A stretch of DNA of 64,000 nt from Octopus sinensis (lineage: Eukaryota), in the NCBI RefSeq assembly GCF_006345805.1, contig NC_043017.1, forward strand, positions 29,512,001-29,576,000, in the 5' to 3' direction. Below, in pieces: positions 37,317 to 51,289 of this stretch. The notes beneath the pieces are model-generated. The model searched no databases and was not told the DNA's origin. It saw only the letters and a list, made by a program, of their open reading frames with translations. Every line of letters starts with the position of its first letter. The stretch's first letter is position 1. Both the position numbers and the translations under genes were made by a program.

Positions 37317-37691
37317 TCTCTTTTTACTCTTTTACTTGTTTCAGTCATTTGACTGCGGCCATGCTGGACCACCGCCTTTAGTCGAGCAAATCGACCCCAG
37401 CACTTATTCTTTGTAAGCCTAGTACTTATTCTATCGGTCTCTTTTGCCGAACCGCTAAGTTACACACCAGCATCGGTTGTCAAGCGATGTTGGTGGGGGG
37501 GGGGGTGACCACAGACACACAAATATATACACACACATACACATATACAACGGGCTTCTTCCAGTTTCCGTCTACCAAATCCACTCTCAAGGCTATAAGT
37601 AGAAGACACTTGCCCAAGGTGCCACGCAGTGGGACTGAACCCAGAACCATGTGGTTGGTAAGCAACTACTTACCACCAGCCACTCCTGCGC
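37317..37691 (-). mobile_element. SINE family B, near full length with small internal deletions
   Basis: Colinear with 40469-40885. Confidence 0.92.
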
Positions 37692-37702
37692 TTATATATA
37701 TG

Positions 37703-37760
<58 letters not shown>

Positions 37761-38404
37761 GCTTCTGTGTGTATATGTATTTGAAGGACTCTGTCTTTTA
37801 TGTATACATATAAAGAATACAAGCAATATAGTTTTGAGCCTAATCTGTGCGTTTATATCGGAAATGTTTTATGAATTAGTTGAGATTCTGTAATTTACAA
37901 ATGTAGAAAATGGGCGTAACTGTGTATATTTGAAGAAATCGTTATGCGCTCAAAATGCAATGAAATATATCAGCTTGCTAATACGACTTGTATAAACATT
38001 CAACATTACAACGTAGATTTTGTTCTGCCCCGAAATGGAGAATATCTTTGTATCGTTATCGTTACCTGAATTTCCGAATGTGAAAATACGAATACTGAAT
38101 AGAGCAAAAATAAAAAAAATAAAAAATAAATATATAAATAAAACAATAAATAAAAAAAATAAAAAGAAAAGGACAATTCTAAAGATTCCTTATACTGATA
38201 AAATACGAATTTAAAGCATATATTTTCTCTCTCTCTCTCTCATACATATATGTATATTAACGGCGGTGCGTTAGCATGGCCGTAGCTCTGAGCTGAAACT
38301 ATATATATACCTACATAGTTTGTAATATAAAAAATATATGTTTTCATGTTTGTATTTTATCATGTATGGGTATGTCTACATATTTGCATTAATGTACTTT
38401 TTGG

Positions 38405-39274
38405 TATATTCTACTGACGAAGGTAAATTAATTTTCATAATACCAAACCAGAAATCGCTCGATCTAAAATAAACCTCTAAAAAATTTTGCTCTTTTATTC
38501 ATTTATTCTTTTATTCGTTTATTATTTTATTCGTTTATTATTTTATTCTTTTATTCGTTTATTATTTTCTTTTATTCGTATCCTCGATTTCAACTTTTGC
38601 TAATGGAGTGTTAAATGACATCTATCTCTACCATGATAGTGCTGTTTCTCAGTACCCTTAATATTTTGAGAACCACCTTCGGTCACGAATGACCATGAGA
38701 TTGCACCTAGAAAGTTACCCTCCGAGGTTCAAGTCCGGGCAAAGTTGTTTATGGAAGACCAGTAGTCGCCCATGCATACCAGCCTCCTCACTTCACGCCA
38801 CCGATATTATCCTAGGAATAGGCAAAGACTGATACAGCTTGGCACCAATGACGTCACAACTCATTTCTACAGATGAGTGAACAGGAGCAACGTGAAATAA
38901 AGCCCGGTCCGTGATTAGAACTCACAACCTCACAGTCGTAACTTCGACGCTCTGATCACTGAGCCATGCGCCTATAGATATAATTAAGCACCCTTAATTA
39001 TATCTATATAATTATATAGCTATATTAATTCTTACCTACACGGATTTTATTACATACTGGCTATAGAAGAGTTCGTTATTTTATAATTATTTTATCCTTA
39101 ATTATGTATATATTATGTATGTATATATTATATTCATTCACTCCGTTAATTAATTATAGTCACAGCGGTATTATTTTGATCAAATACGCACGTGGTTGAG
39201 ATGAATAATGAGATTTGCCTCCTATATATGCGTGAATATATGTATGCGTAATAAACACTTGTATTTGTATGTAC

Positions 39275-39331
<57 letters not shown>

Positions 39332-39535
39332 AATTTATGTACTTTTTCATATATTCTACTGACGAAGGTAAAGTAATTTTTATTTATAATAACAAGCCAG
39401 AAATCGCTCGATATAAAATTAACCTCTAAAAAAAGTTTGCTAAATCGTTTTTAATCATTCGCCTTCAACCTGTGCTAACGGAGTGTAAAATGATGTTGCT
39501 TTAGAGCCATTTGACATTTATCTCTAGCATGTTGA
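38405..39535 (+). repeat. Dispersed direct repeat pair (38405-38640 and 39350-39535), possibly Penelope terminal-repeat related
   Basis: TATATTCTACTGACGAAGGTAAA ... CCAGAAATCGCTCGAT.TAAAAT.AACCTCTAAAAAA ... GCTAA.GGAGTGT.AAATGA present in both. Confidence 0.8.
38671..38973 (-). mobile_element. SINE family G
   Basis: Homologous to 60179-60488; shares GGAGCAACGTGAAAT with family D but has a different tail. Confidence 0.85.
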
Positions 39536-39561
39536 TGTTGTACTCGTAATTGTAATTATAT

Positions 39562-39903
39562 AGGAGTGGTTGTGTGGTAAGAAGCTTGTTTTCCTACCAT
39601 ATGGATCCGGGTTCAGTCCTTGGGTAAGTGGCGCCCTGGGTAAGTGTCTTCTACTATAGTTTCGGGCCGGCCAAAATACTTGCGAGTGGATTTGGTAGAT
39701 GGAAAGTGTGTATGTATGTATCTGTTATTTGTTGTGCCTGTGTTCGTCCCCCATCGTCGCTTGATAACCGATGTTGTGTTCGGCAAAAAGGGACTTGTGG
39801 AAGATGTACTAGGATCACAAAGAGCAAGTCTTGGGATCGATTTGTTCGACTAAAGGCGGTGCTCTAGCATGGCTGCAGTCAGATGACTGTAAACGAATAA
39901 AAT
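39562..39903 (+). mobile_element. SINE family B, diverged
   Basis: Colinear with 50088-50496, with deletions. Confidence 0.82.
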
Positions 39904-39913
39904 AATATACTTA

Positions 39914-40229
39914 TATCACGTAACCTTGATCACGTGACCGACCAGACCATCAGACGTAGTTACACGTCGCTGGTCACAATGCGCTTCGCATTGTTTTAGC
40001 CTTCAAATGACGCCAGCCCGCTGGCTAAGCGAGCAGGCCAACAGAAGAAAGAGTGAGAGAAAGTTGGTGAAAGAGTACAGCAGGGATCGCCACCACCCCC
40101 AGCCGGAGCGTCGTGGAGCTTTAGGTGTTTTTGCTCAATAAACACTCACAACGCCCGGTCTAGGAATCGAAACCGCGATCCTACGACCGCGAGACCGCTG
40201 CCCTAACCACTAGGCCATTGCGCTTCCAC
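39914..40229 (-). mobile_element. SINE family H (family C head and body with a different tail)
   Basis: About 40050-40229 matches family C; tail 39914-40030 matches 57991-58087. Confidence 0.9.
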
Positions 40230-40468
40230 GTTCAATATATATAATATATATTTAGGTGTGTGTACACAAACACACGCACAAACTCATACACACACACACA
40301 CAAACACACACACATATGTATGTATGATAGGTTATACGTGTTGCATATGCATGTATATTCATAAATGTCAGAAACGTAGTGGAAATTCTCGCTCGATATA
40401 CAAGAGATGGCAGAAGACAAACTTTGAAATTACGCGCTTCGAGTAGAATTATACGATAATATAATATA

Positions 40469-40678
40469 CTCTTTACTCTATTTTACTTGTTTCAGTCAAT
40501 TGACTGTGGCCATGCTGGAGCACCGCCTTTAGTCGAGCAAATCGACCCCGGGACTTATTCTTTGTAAGCCCAGTACTTATTCTATAGGTCTCTTTTGCCG
40601 AACCGCTAAGTGACGGAGACGTAAACATACCAGCATCGGTTGTCAAGCAATGCTAGGGGGACAAACACAGACACACAA

Positions 40679-40716
<38 letters not shown>

Positions 40717-40885
40717 ATATATACGACAGGCTTCTTTCAGTTTCCGTCTACCAAATCAACTCACAAGGTATTGGTCGGCCCGGGGCTATAGCAGAAGACA
40801 CTTGCCCAAGGTGCCACGCAGTGGGACTGAACCCGGAACCATGTGGTTGGTTAGCAAGCTACTTACCACACAGCCACTCCTGTGC
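40469..40885 (-). mobile_element. SINE family B, full length
   Basis: tRNA-like head (GGGTTCAGTCCC B-box-like), internal (TA/CA) tract, (AAAAGAGT)-like tail. Confidence 0.94.
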
Positions 40886-41452
40886 AAGACAATAATATAG
40901 CAAGACAATAAAAAAAAATATGGTAGACGGAGAATATCATTTATTGTTTGTCTTCTTATTAAAACTTAATGAAGTACTAAAGGACACTACCTTAACAAAC
41001 AAACTATTACAATGCAACAACAAGAAATTTATTATTTTTTTCTCATTGACCGGAAATCGTAGCATGCAATGTGCAGAATGTGACGCACAAATCTATAAAC
41101 AGGGAAAGGATATATTCTTGAATATTAACATAAATGTCAGATTTGATTCTGAAGACAAGTACAGTTACCGCCCTTGAAAATTATGTATTCCGCTGAGGAA
41201 TTTTTGAATTTTGTTGTGCAGTGAACAATAAAAGTCACATGTAGTAACACTAACTCAATATACGGCATATATTATTCTTATATTTGCCAATATAGCCATC
41301 TAATTGAACTAGTATTCGTGAATCTTGAATGAAGGAGAGCGAGAAAGGATTTATACACCAAATAAAATGTACACATACATACATACACACACATATATGT
41401 AGACAAATCTATCCATCTATCTATTTATCTATCTCTCTCTCTCTCTCTCTGT

Positions 41453-41486
<34 letters not shown>

Positions 41487-41725
41487 ACATACATATGCAG
41501 TCACAAGCATGCACATTATATATTATACATGTAAGAATATATATATATATATATATATAAACACATACATATATAGTTATTAGCATGCACATATATATTA
41601 TACATGTAAGAATATATATATATATATTATATACATATATACCTGTAAGTATATGTATACGCACACACACACCGTCTAAAGATAGGTGTTTATATTTGTG
41701 TATATGTATGTATAGACACATATAC

Positions 41726-41822
<97 letters not shown>

Positions 41823-42804
41823 CACATACGTGTATATATATATATATATATACATATATGTGTGCGTGTGTGTGTGTGTGTGTACATATATTCATATGTG
41901 TGCATATATATGTCCATGGGTGTTTATTCATGCTCGTAATTATTATTGTGTAAATTTGTATAAGTGTACTGACGTGTGCATACATTACCACGGTACGCTG
42001 TATTTTGTACATAACTGGTGTCAGCTTAATTTTATTCTCAAACCTTATCGCACATACAATCTGAAGTTGAAGATTTGCACACAAATCAATTCTATGGAGC
42101 GTAAATAATTTCTGTTTTGATTTAATTTTCAAGATACGTTTATAATCTTTTTTTCTTAAAATTTTAAAATTTATGTTTTCGTTTTTTATAAACAAAATCA
42201 AAATAGTTTTTTAAACATTTTGTTATATTTTTTTTCAAACTTCGTTTATGCTGTTTTTTCCTGTGTGGAGATTGCCAAGTTTTGAAATAGAGTAATTCAT
42301 CTTTTCCGCTGTGTATGGAGCGTATGGATTTTTCAAAGTTTCTAACCATATCAAACACACAAACTCCAACACCTGCCTTCTTTACAAATATAGTTATAAC
42401 AGAAGTGTTCCAGCAACAGCTCCTTTTCTGAAGAAGAATTTTTCTGCGAATTCATTTAACTCTATTGTCTGCCTTTCAACATGTTTTCTCGTCTCAGAAT
42501 CTAACAATTCCAGATTCCCAAATGTCTTGTTGTTTGGATAAATTGAAACGCAATGGAAATATTTGATGTAGACACGGAATGGTGGAGATGGTAAGGAGAA
42601 GGAGAAGAAAAAGAAGACGAAGAATGTAAATGATTTAAGGATCACAATTACGTAATTATGCGTTTTGGAGTGTCTACGTGAAAGAAACAGCTGTTAAGCG
42701 CAATTTAAGTATGGGTTAAATGTGAACTTTTTGGTCTTCTCTTCCATTTTTGTACTACACACGTGCGTACACACACACACGTACACTCACACATATATTT
42801 ACAA

Positions 42805-43195
42805 CAACATTCCGGGTTCAGTCCCACTGTGGGGAACATTGAGCAAATGTCTTCTATTATAGCTTCGATCCGACTAAAGCCACGTGAGTGGAATTGATAG
42901 AGGGAAATCGAATTCAAAGACATCCATCGTACAATTATATGATTACATATGTATATTTATGTGTGTGCCTTTCTATATGTATTTGTTCCCCTCCCCCACT
43001 TGACAACCGATGTTGGTTTGTTTCCATCTCCATAACATAGTGATTCGGTAAAAGAAACGATAGTATTAGTATCAGGTTTGAAAATGATTACTGGATTTCT
43101 GCGATTAAACCATTGAAGCGGGTCCCAAGCATGGACTCAGGATGGCCTCAGAATGACCCCAGTTCAAGGATCGAAGCAAGTACAAGGTAAAATAA
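42805..43195 (+). mobile_element. Old family B-like SINE
   Basis: TTCCGGGTTCAGTCCCACTG ... TTGACAACCGATGTTGG ... CCCAAGCATGG. Confidence 0.75.
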
Positions 43196-44088
43196 AACGA
43201 TAAACGATAGATGTGTGTGTATATTTAAGTCTGTGTGTGTGTGTGTTGTGTGTGTCCGTGCGCGCATGTGTGTGGCCACTCTAAATTTAACTTTCAATTT
43301 AATCGCAGACTTCCATTTTGGTATATTTTTATATATATTTTTGTAATTTTAATATAGAAAAGATAAAGTTTTTTTTTACACACCCACATATATACACACG
43401 CATGAAAATATACAAACACAGAGACATGCGCACACGGATACACACAAACACACACACACATCAATTTTATGTGCATATTTTTACCGGATTAATATCTCAT
43501 AAAAACTTCATATCTGCTATATTGAACTTCTTCACACGAATATGTTATTTTAATAAGTTTTGTTTATAGTTTAATCGCATATCTTCTTTATTCAATAAAT
43601 TTTATGGCCGACACGTTCAGTTAGAATTGAGGCGTTTATCTATGCGTCTTATTACCTCAATTACTTGTGTGAAGTCATTTTAAGCACTCACTTCAACACC
43701 CAAATCTGCTTCGTCTTTCTTATTTACGGTTCTTTTTATTATTTTTTTTCTAGTTATAGGTCCCCAGCGAGAGAGGTTTAATTGTCATTCAGAATCCTAC
43801 CTGAATTTATCATTTTTTAAAAATATTTTCTCCATAGCCCTTTTCAGAACTGTTGTGTTTTGTGATACCATAATTCCCAGTAAATATCGAAATAGCTGCA
43901 CATAAATTTACTGCTTTATCTTTGTCTTCTTGAAAATTTATATATTTTTGCTCCTTTTTTTTTTGTCTTCTTTTTCCTGCACTATATCTACTTTCGAAGT
44001 GAAACAAAGAAACAGAGAGAGGTGAGATAGTGAGGGAGAGACAGAAAAAGTATGAGGGTATGAGAGTGGAAGTGATATACATATATAT

Positions 44089-44130
<42 letters not shown>

Positions 44131-44179
44131 ACATATATGTATTTATCTATCTATCCTTCAACCTATCAATAAAATCCCC

Positions 44180-44226
<47 letters not shown>

Positions 44227-44655
44227 GAAAGAGAGAGAGAGATAGATAGGTAGATAAATAGAGAGTGTGGGACATGGGTTTAATTCATGCACTTGTACAG
44301 CCAGGAGTTTCAATAAAATTGAATGTCTTGAACCTTAATCTATTAAGATACTTTGGGAATGTTGAATTGACATGATTACCCAACAGCATATTTTATTCAT
44401 TCATTTTGTTTTGATCTCTATCAACTTCCCTACATCTATCTCAAAGCGAATCAACGTAATTTTCTCTCAAGTTTCATGTGACGATTTCCCTCAAATCAAA
44501 GTATCGTACAACGTTCCTAATCAGTAGTTCCCAACCAATTTTTTTGCCTATGGAATCCTTTGATTGCTATATTAATTCACTAGACTATCACAGCCTTTCG
44601 GTGTATACACAAAAAAAGAAGCATAATAATAATGCTGCGATATTATGATTAAATC

Positions 44656-45403
44656 TTTTCTATGGAAGCACAAGACCTCAAACTGGGGGTAAGGGATTAA
44701 GTCGATTACATCGACTGCAGTGCGTATATGGTACTTATTTAATCGACCCGGAAAGGATGAAAGGCAAGTTGACTCCCGCGGAATTTGAACTCTGTAACGA
44801 CAGACGAAATACCTATTTCTTTATTACCCATAAGGGGCTAAACATAGAAGGGATAAACAAGGACAGACGTAGGTATTAAGTCGATTACATCGACCCCAGT
44901 GCGTGACTGGTACTTATTTAATCGACCCCGATTGATGAAAGGCAAATCGAACCCTGCGGAATCTGAACTCTGTAACGACAGACGAAATACCTATTTCTTT
45001 ATTACCCACAAGGGGCTAAACATAGAGGGGACAAACAAGGAAAGACACAGGTATTAAATCGATTACATCGACCCCAGTGCGTAACTAGTACTTAATTTAT
45101 CGATCCCGAAAGGATGAAAGGCAAAGTCGACCTCGGCGGAATTTGAACTCACAACGTAACGGCAGCCAAAATACCTATTTCTTTATTAACCACAAGGGGC
45201 TAAACATAGAGGGGACAAACAATGACAGGCAAAGGTATTAAATCGATTACATCGACCGCAGTGCGTAACTGGTACTTAATTTATCGACCCCGAAAGGATG
45301 AAAGGCAAAGTCGACCTCGGCGGAATTTGAACTCTGTAACGACAGACGAAATACCGCTAAATATTTCGCCCGGCGCGCTAACGATTGTGCCAGCTTGCGC
45401 CTT
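44656..45403 (-). mobile_element. SINE family A tandem array: one head plus four bodies
   Basis: Junctions AAATACC/TATTTC at 44813, 44991 and 45175; unit length about 180 bp. Confidence 0.95.
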
Positions 45404-46558
45404 AATTTTATTGTTAAATATTTTTAGGAATTGTATAAAAAATTTAATATTTTGAGTGTTGTAGAAGTTTATGCAATTTATTGTACATAAATTTAACTTC
45501 AAAAGTATATATGAACCTCCAAATGTCATATGGATCTGTTTGAGAACGCGTTCTGCATAGTCTCGTTCCAGGAAACACTAAAAGAGTGGTGGCCACGGAT
45601 AGAATATACTGAATGTTTTGTTAGTGTAATGAATTTTTGGAAAACATTATTAAAGGATCCCCTTAAATGTTATTCACACTTCAGCAAATTTTATTGCTTG
45701 GAGATGGACTACATATTTATTTAGTTACGAAGAAAATAATAACGAAAAATAATGTGCTGAAATCCTTAACGGATCTTTGAGTCATTACCAATTTAAACGT
45801 CGTTTCCATGTAATCAGAGAAAAGCAACAGATTCTAATCCACCTCTATCCATCTCCTTTCATCTTTCTCCATTGCCATCCACCCCACCCGTCGCCATTCA
45901 TCTCCATCCATCGTTATCCACGTTATTGATTATGAGTGGAACATTGCTGGGACGAGATTCAAATGATGAGAAATGGTTCAATCAGAGAGTGACTCCGCAT
46001 CAAATATTCGGTTCGCCGGGAGCAGAACATGAACGCGACATTTCTACAAGTAATGCTAGCAGATACCAAATCAATTCCTTTGAAGCAATACATTAAGCCG
46101 AGACCAAATTTTACGAAATCATATTATTTTGCTAACCGGACGTTGATATTAGAAAATGAAGCAGCTTAAATATTTATTTTTTGAACTTTTCTCCTTTCAA
46201 TTTTCTAATGCCGGAGGCAATTTTCTTGCTTGCTTTTGTTACGAAAATAATGTTCAACCGTTAAATATGAATTAAAATTGGAAGAAAATGGATGAGCACA
46301 TTGAGAAATTGAAGCAACATTATTATATTTTTTTTTATAAAAATAATTTTCTTCTAAATAAATAACGTATTTCACCGACTCTTCAATAGTCCATCTTCAC
46401 TTCAGATTCATAATGGTCGTCAAGTGATTTTATTCTTTTCTTCATTGTTTCACTTTAAAAATATCAATATCAGTATCAGTATCAGCTAAACAAGACTAGC
46501 ATCAATTATTGTCATTATTCCAATTACTTTGTGTTTTTCGCTTTTTCCTTTGAAATGA

Positions 46559-47110
46559 GGTACTTGGCAGAAACAGTAGAGCAAAATGCAATGTAATATG
46601 TTTCTGACACATTACGTTCCGAGTTCAAATTCTATTGAGTCCTTATGTTATATTTTAGAAAGAGCTACTTGTTAAAGACAGTAGAGCACATTGACAAAAT
46701 GCTATGTGACATATATTTAAGAAACTACGTTCTGAGTTCGAATTCTGTTGAGTCTTTATTTTTTTTTCTTCAAAAAGAATAGAAGCTCTGTTAACGACAG
46801 GCAAGGCCAAAGGTTCAGTGATGGGTGTGTGGTGAAGAATCTTGGTTTGCAAACATGTGGTTTCGAGTTGAGTCCCTTTGTGTGGCATCATGAGCAACTA
46901 TCTTCGACTGAATATATGTGTGTGTGTGTGTGTGATTGTGCGTGTGCTTGTATATGTGTGTCTGTGTATGTTTCTCTTCACCTTCCATCACAATGCAGCT
47001 GGTTTTGGTTTGTTTAGATCCTTCGACTTAAAGATTCAGTAGAAGAGACCGACAATATAAGTAACAGGCATAAATACAGGAGATGATTTATTCGGCTGAA
47101 CTCTTCTGGA
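46559..47110 (+). mobile_element. Two decayed A-like heads (46559-46760) and an old B-like SINE (46815-47110)
   Basis: TACGTTC.GAGTTC.AATTCT.TTGAGTC occurs twice; TGTGGTGAAGAATC ... GAGTTGAGTCCC ... GACCGACAATATAAGT. Confidence 0.6.
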
Positions 47111-48531
47111 CGGCCACTACACAGTCAAGATCTCAAATCAACGACTTTGTGGTTCAACGAATAAGATTAATAAATGTTGTGAAAAAAGTTTAATTCTTTC
47201 TACGGGCCATTGTCATGAAATTTATGTTAACTAAATGTCAAGATATATCTTAGTGCGTTGGAATAATAATATCTATAAAAATTAAAGATAGTTACATATG
47301 AATATTTTCCAAATTCTGTAGTCAAATCATTTGTAAGTCGATTTTTTTTTATTGCTCTTCCTGTTAGTAGTGTGAAAAGAAGACCTGCTTATATTTGAAT
47401 CTTGTTGTAATACAAGAAGCTACTTGCATACGTACACAAACGACAGTATGTAAAATGATCATGAAATGAAGAAGAATGTGAAAACAGGTTTAAGCTTTTG
47501 TGTTGTAGATGTGTATTTATCTGCGTGTTTTATTTTGTGAGAATGAATTTGTGTATATGAAAGACAATAAGAAAGATTAGGAGAGTAAGACGGAAGCCAG
47601 TTTTATATCAGTATCTATTGTTTCATAGTTGTATTCATAACCATTTATATATGAATGGTTTCTCATAGATAGATATCAGTGTAACGAAAACTCCAAATCC
47701 TCTTTTGTAAAAAGAAAATTCTATAATAATAGACAACTGTATTCAAGAATAAATTCCTTTTATTTGCTTACTGTCATCGAAAACTTGAATAAGTTTAGTA
47801 GGTGTAATGGATTGAGAAGAAAAAAAAAATTAAAATCTCGTTCGGAAAGTGATGTTAAATGTCTTCAACATTTAGTTTCTCTTCGCAAGGCTTATTAGCG
47901 TGTATTGCTCATACCATCACTTAAATAAATTCTGAAGATTTTAGAACTTGAAGCATAAGATATACTTTCAGATATAGTGCATGTAGAGGCAGAGTAATCA
48001 ATGTACTTTTTATTTTAGCGGGTAGGGATTGCATTGAGAGAAGGACTACTGGCTTGGCAGGTCGAAACTGCTTTGTTTGTTCCAAGAATGCCATATTATT
48101 TTGTGTTGTGAAAAACTGTGTCTTGTATTTATAGTCAAACAAAATTGTGTGTAGGTGTATCATAAAGATTTTTTTCTATTTCAATTCGTGATTAACGATT
48201 TGTATGAAATTGACATTTTATCTCAGTGATAAAATACTTACATACATACAGGGGCATATAAGAACACATCCACACAAACACATATATTTATATATACATA
48301 CATACGTATTGCGTAATACACAGACACATACAAACACATATATACACACACACAGACACATATAGGATTAGAATATCCAAATTTTACATTAATCTTAATA
48401 ATGGCAAACGCAAAAGTTAATCTGATCTTGCTCGGTTACATCAGAGCTTAGAATCAAATAGACAAGGAATATTAGAGGAGCAACTCTCTCTCCCCCCTCT
48501 CTCTCTGTCCCCATGTATGTATGTATGTATG

Positions 48532-48562
<31 letters not shown>

Positions 48563-48709
48563 ATGATTATGTATATATTGCACACATATACACACATACA
48601 TCTTCCTACCTTTCTTTACATGAAATGAACAGTAGCTTTAATTCACAAATAAGGAAATTATATCCACCAATGCAGTGCTGAGCATGCATTTTCCTCATTC
48701 GGCATTGAT

Positions 48710-49298
48710 GTATATACATACATATTTATATACATGTATGTATATATACAGACATACCTAAATACATATACCTACATGTATATAGGTATGTATGTATATA
48801 TGTATATATATGTATATATGTATATAGGTATGTATGTATATATACATACATGTATATAGGTATGTATGTATATATATACATACATGTATGTATGTATGTA
48901 TATATATATATACATACATGTATGTATGTATGTATGTATATATACATACATGTATGTATGTATGTATGTATGTATATATACATACATGTATGTAGGTATG
49001 TATATATATATACATACATACCTATATACATGTATGTATATATATATGCATACATACCTATATACATGTATGCATATATACATACATACCTATATACATA
49101 TATGCATATATACATACATACCTATATACATGTATGTATATATACATACATACCTATATACATGTATGTATATATACATACATACCTATATACATGTATG
49201 TATATATACATACATACCTATATACATGTATGTATATATACATACATACCTATATACATGTATGTATATACATACATACCTATATACATGTATATATA

Positions 49299-49350
<52 letters not shown>
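48710..49350. repeat. Large (TACA)/(TATG)/(TA) compound microsatellite
   Basis: Direct inspection. Confidence 0.95.
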
Positions 49351-49357
<7 letters not shown>

Positions 49358-49485
49358 ATTATTTGAGGGAATATTATTCCTAACTTACAGGGAAAAATAT
49401 TGTTCTCTTAATTTTGATATTTCTATTATATGAAATATTCTAGATGTTGTAATTTAATTGTTCATTTTGAATTGATAAAATACTT

Positions 49486-49524
<39 letters not shown>

Positions 49525-50087
49525 ACAGAGTAGGACAAAGATCGGGAATAGTGAGGCATTATCATAATCATCTTTAAAGCCATCCACAAACATATAAATA
49601 AACGCATAGACTGTTGTGCTCCGTTATTTTCTCTCGCAACGTCTTTATCACATTGAGAACAAACAGTTCGAAAAGAATTGACAGACATATTTGTCGGTAA
49701 TGAGAACATATATTGTCCTATGAAACAGAAAGCAAACAGTTGTTGGGAAGATTTTATGTTTACGAAATATAACTTATTGATAACAACGAACATCGACTAC
49801 GCTGACGGAAGAATAGACATCAGCGGCAGCTATTTTAGATTTCACTGAAAAATAAAATCGCTAATACAAAACGTGTAATTATATATTTGCTAATTTTGTA
49901 TATTACCTTTTGTAACAGTTAATCAATTATTATTGAAATCTTGTGAATTATTTTGTACATATTTCCAATATCCATATACATGCTTTCCTTCATAGAAGCT
50001 GCTTTCTCCGCTAAAAATAGCACATGAATGTGCCTCAAATAATATTGAGTAATCTTATTCAAATGAAAAAAAAAAAGAAAAATACAC

Positions 50088-50496
50088 AGGCGCAGGAATG
50101 GCTGTGTGGCAAGTAGCTTGTTTACCAACCACATGGTTCCGGGTTCAGTCCCACTGCGAGGCATCTTGGGCAAGTGTCTTCTACTATAGCCTCGGGCCGA
50201 CCAAAGCCTTGTGAGTGGATTTGGTAGACGGAAACTGAAAGAAGCCCGTCGTATATATGTACATATATATATATGCGTGTGTGTGTTTGTGTGTCTGCGT
50301 TTGTCCCCCTAGCATTGCTTGACAATCGATGCTGGTGTGTTTATGTCTCCGTCACTTAGCCGTTCGGCAAAAAGGACCGATAGAATAAGTACTGGGCTTA
50401 CAAAGAATAAGTCCCGGGGTCGAGTTGCTCTACTAAAGGCGGTGCTCCAGCATGGCCGCAGTCAAATGACTGAAACAAATAAAGGAGTAAAAGAAT
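50088..50496 (+). mobile_element. SINE family B, full length
   Basis: AGGCGCAGGAATGGCTGTGTGG head through GACTGAAACAAATAAAGGAGTAAAAG tail. Confidence 0.94.
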
Positions 50497-51289
50497 ATAT
50501 ATAAAAAACACCAGAGGACCAGCTAGCTAAGTAGCCTCAGTTTGAATATATACATACATACATGCATATACATATATATGTGTGTGTATGCGTGTGTATA
50601 TACTTGCTTTTGAGAGGATAACTATGAATGTCTTAATTCTGTTCTGCTCTTCAAAGTTTATAAAATATCAATTAGTATAAGTTTTCACTCGAATGATAGA
50701 GTTGGACATTAAATACATTTAAAGATGCGGCGTATCTAATGAAAAAGAGAATAGCACAAAATATAAAACCGAAAGATAATTTATGAAGACATCTATTGAA
50801 CAGAAATTGCAGACACATAAGCATTAAGAAATTATAATAAGTAATACGATGGTGACAATTTGATTTCACTCTTTGGTATATTGTTATAATGTATTTTTTT
50901 TTCTGCCAATAACAAGTTTATTTGCAGTAATGGTAGAAATATATGACTGTTGGATATATAGCCGCAACCATAATCATTACGTAAAAAAGACCCCAATTGT
51001 AAATTAAAAAACCGTTTGTAAGAAATATTCAGATAATATTTGAATAATTGTTGTATAGCTAATGGTAAATAGAATTGCTATTAAATTATATTTAAAGACA
51101 TAAATGTATAAATAGACACCTGAATAGATACACTGATGTGAGATGCTCACATCACACATACATCTCCCCAGCATACGCGAATACAAATATTTCTATAATT
51201 ACATAAACTCGTTAAATAGACACAGTAACATACGAACATTCACAACGTCATCCGCACTTATTAATATACAGTCACAGGCATCTGTGTAT

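Noticed and set aside
40920-41177. 85-aa ORF with a C..C pair
   Set aside because: No domain recognised, no splice or context support, and the length is compatible with chance.
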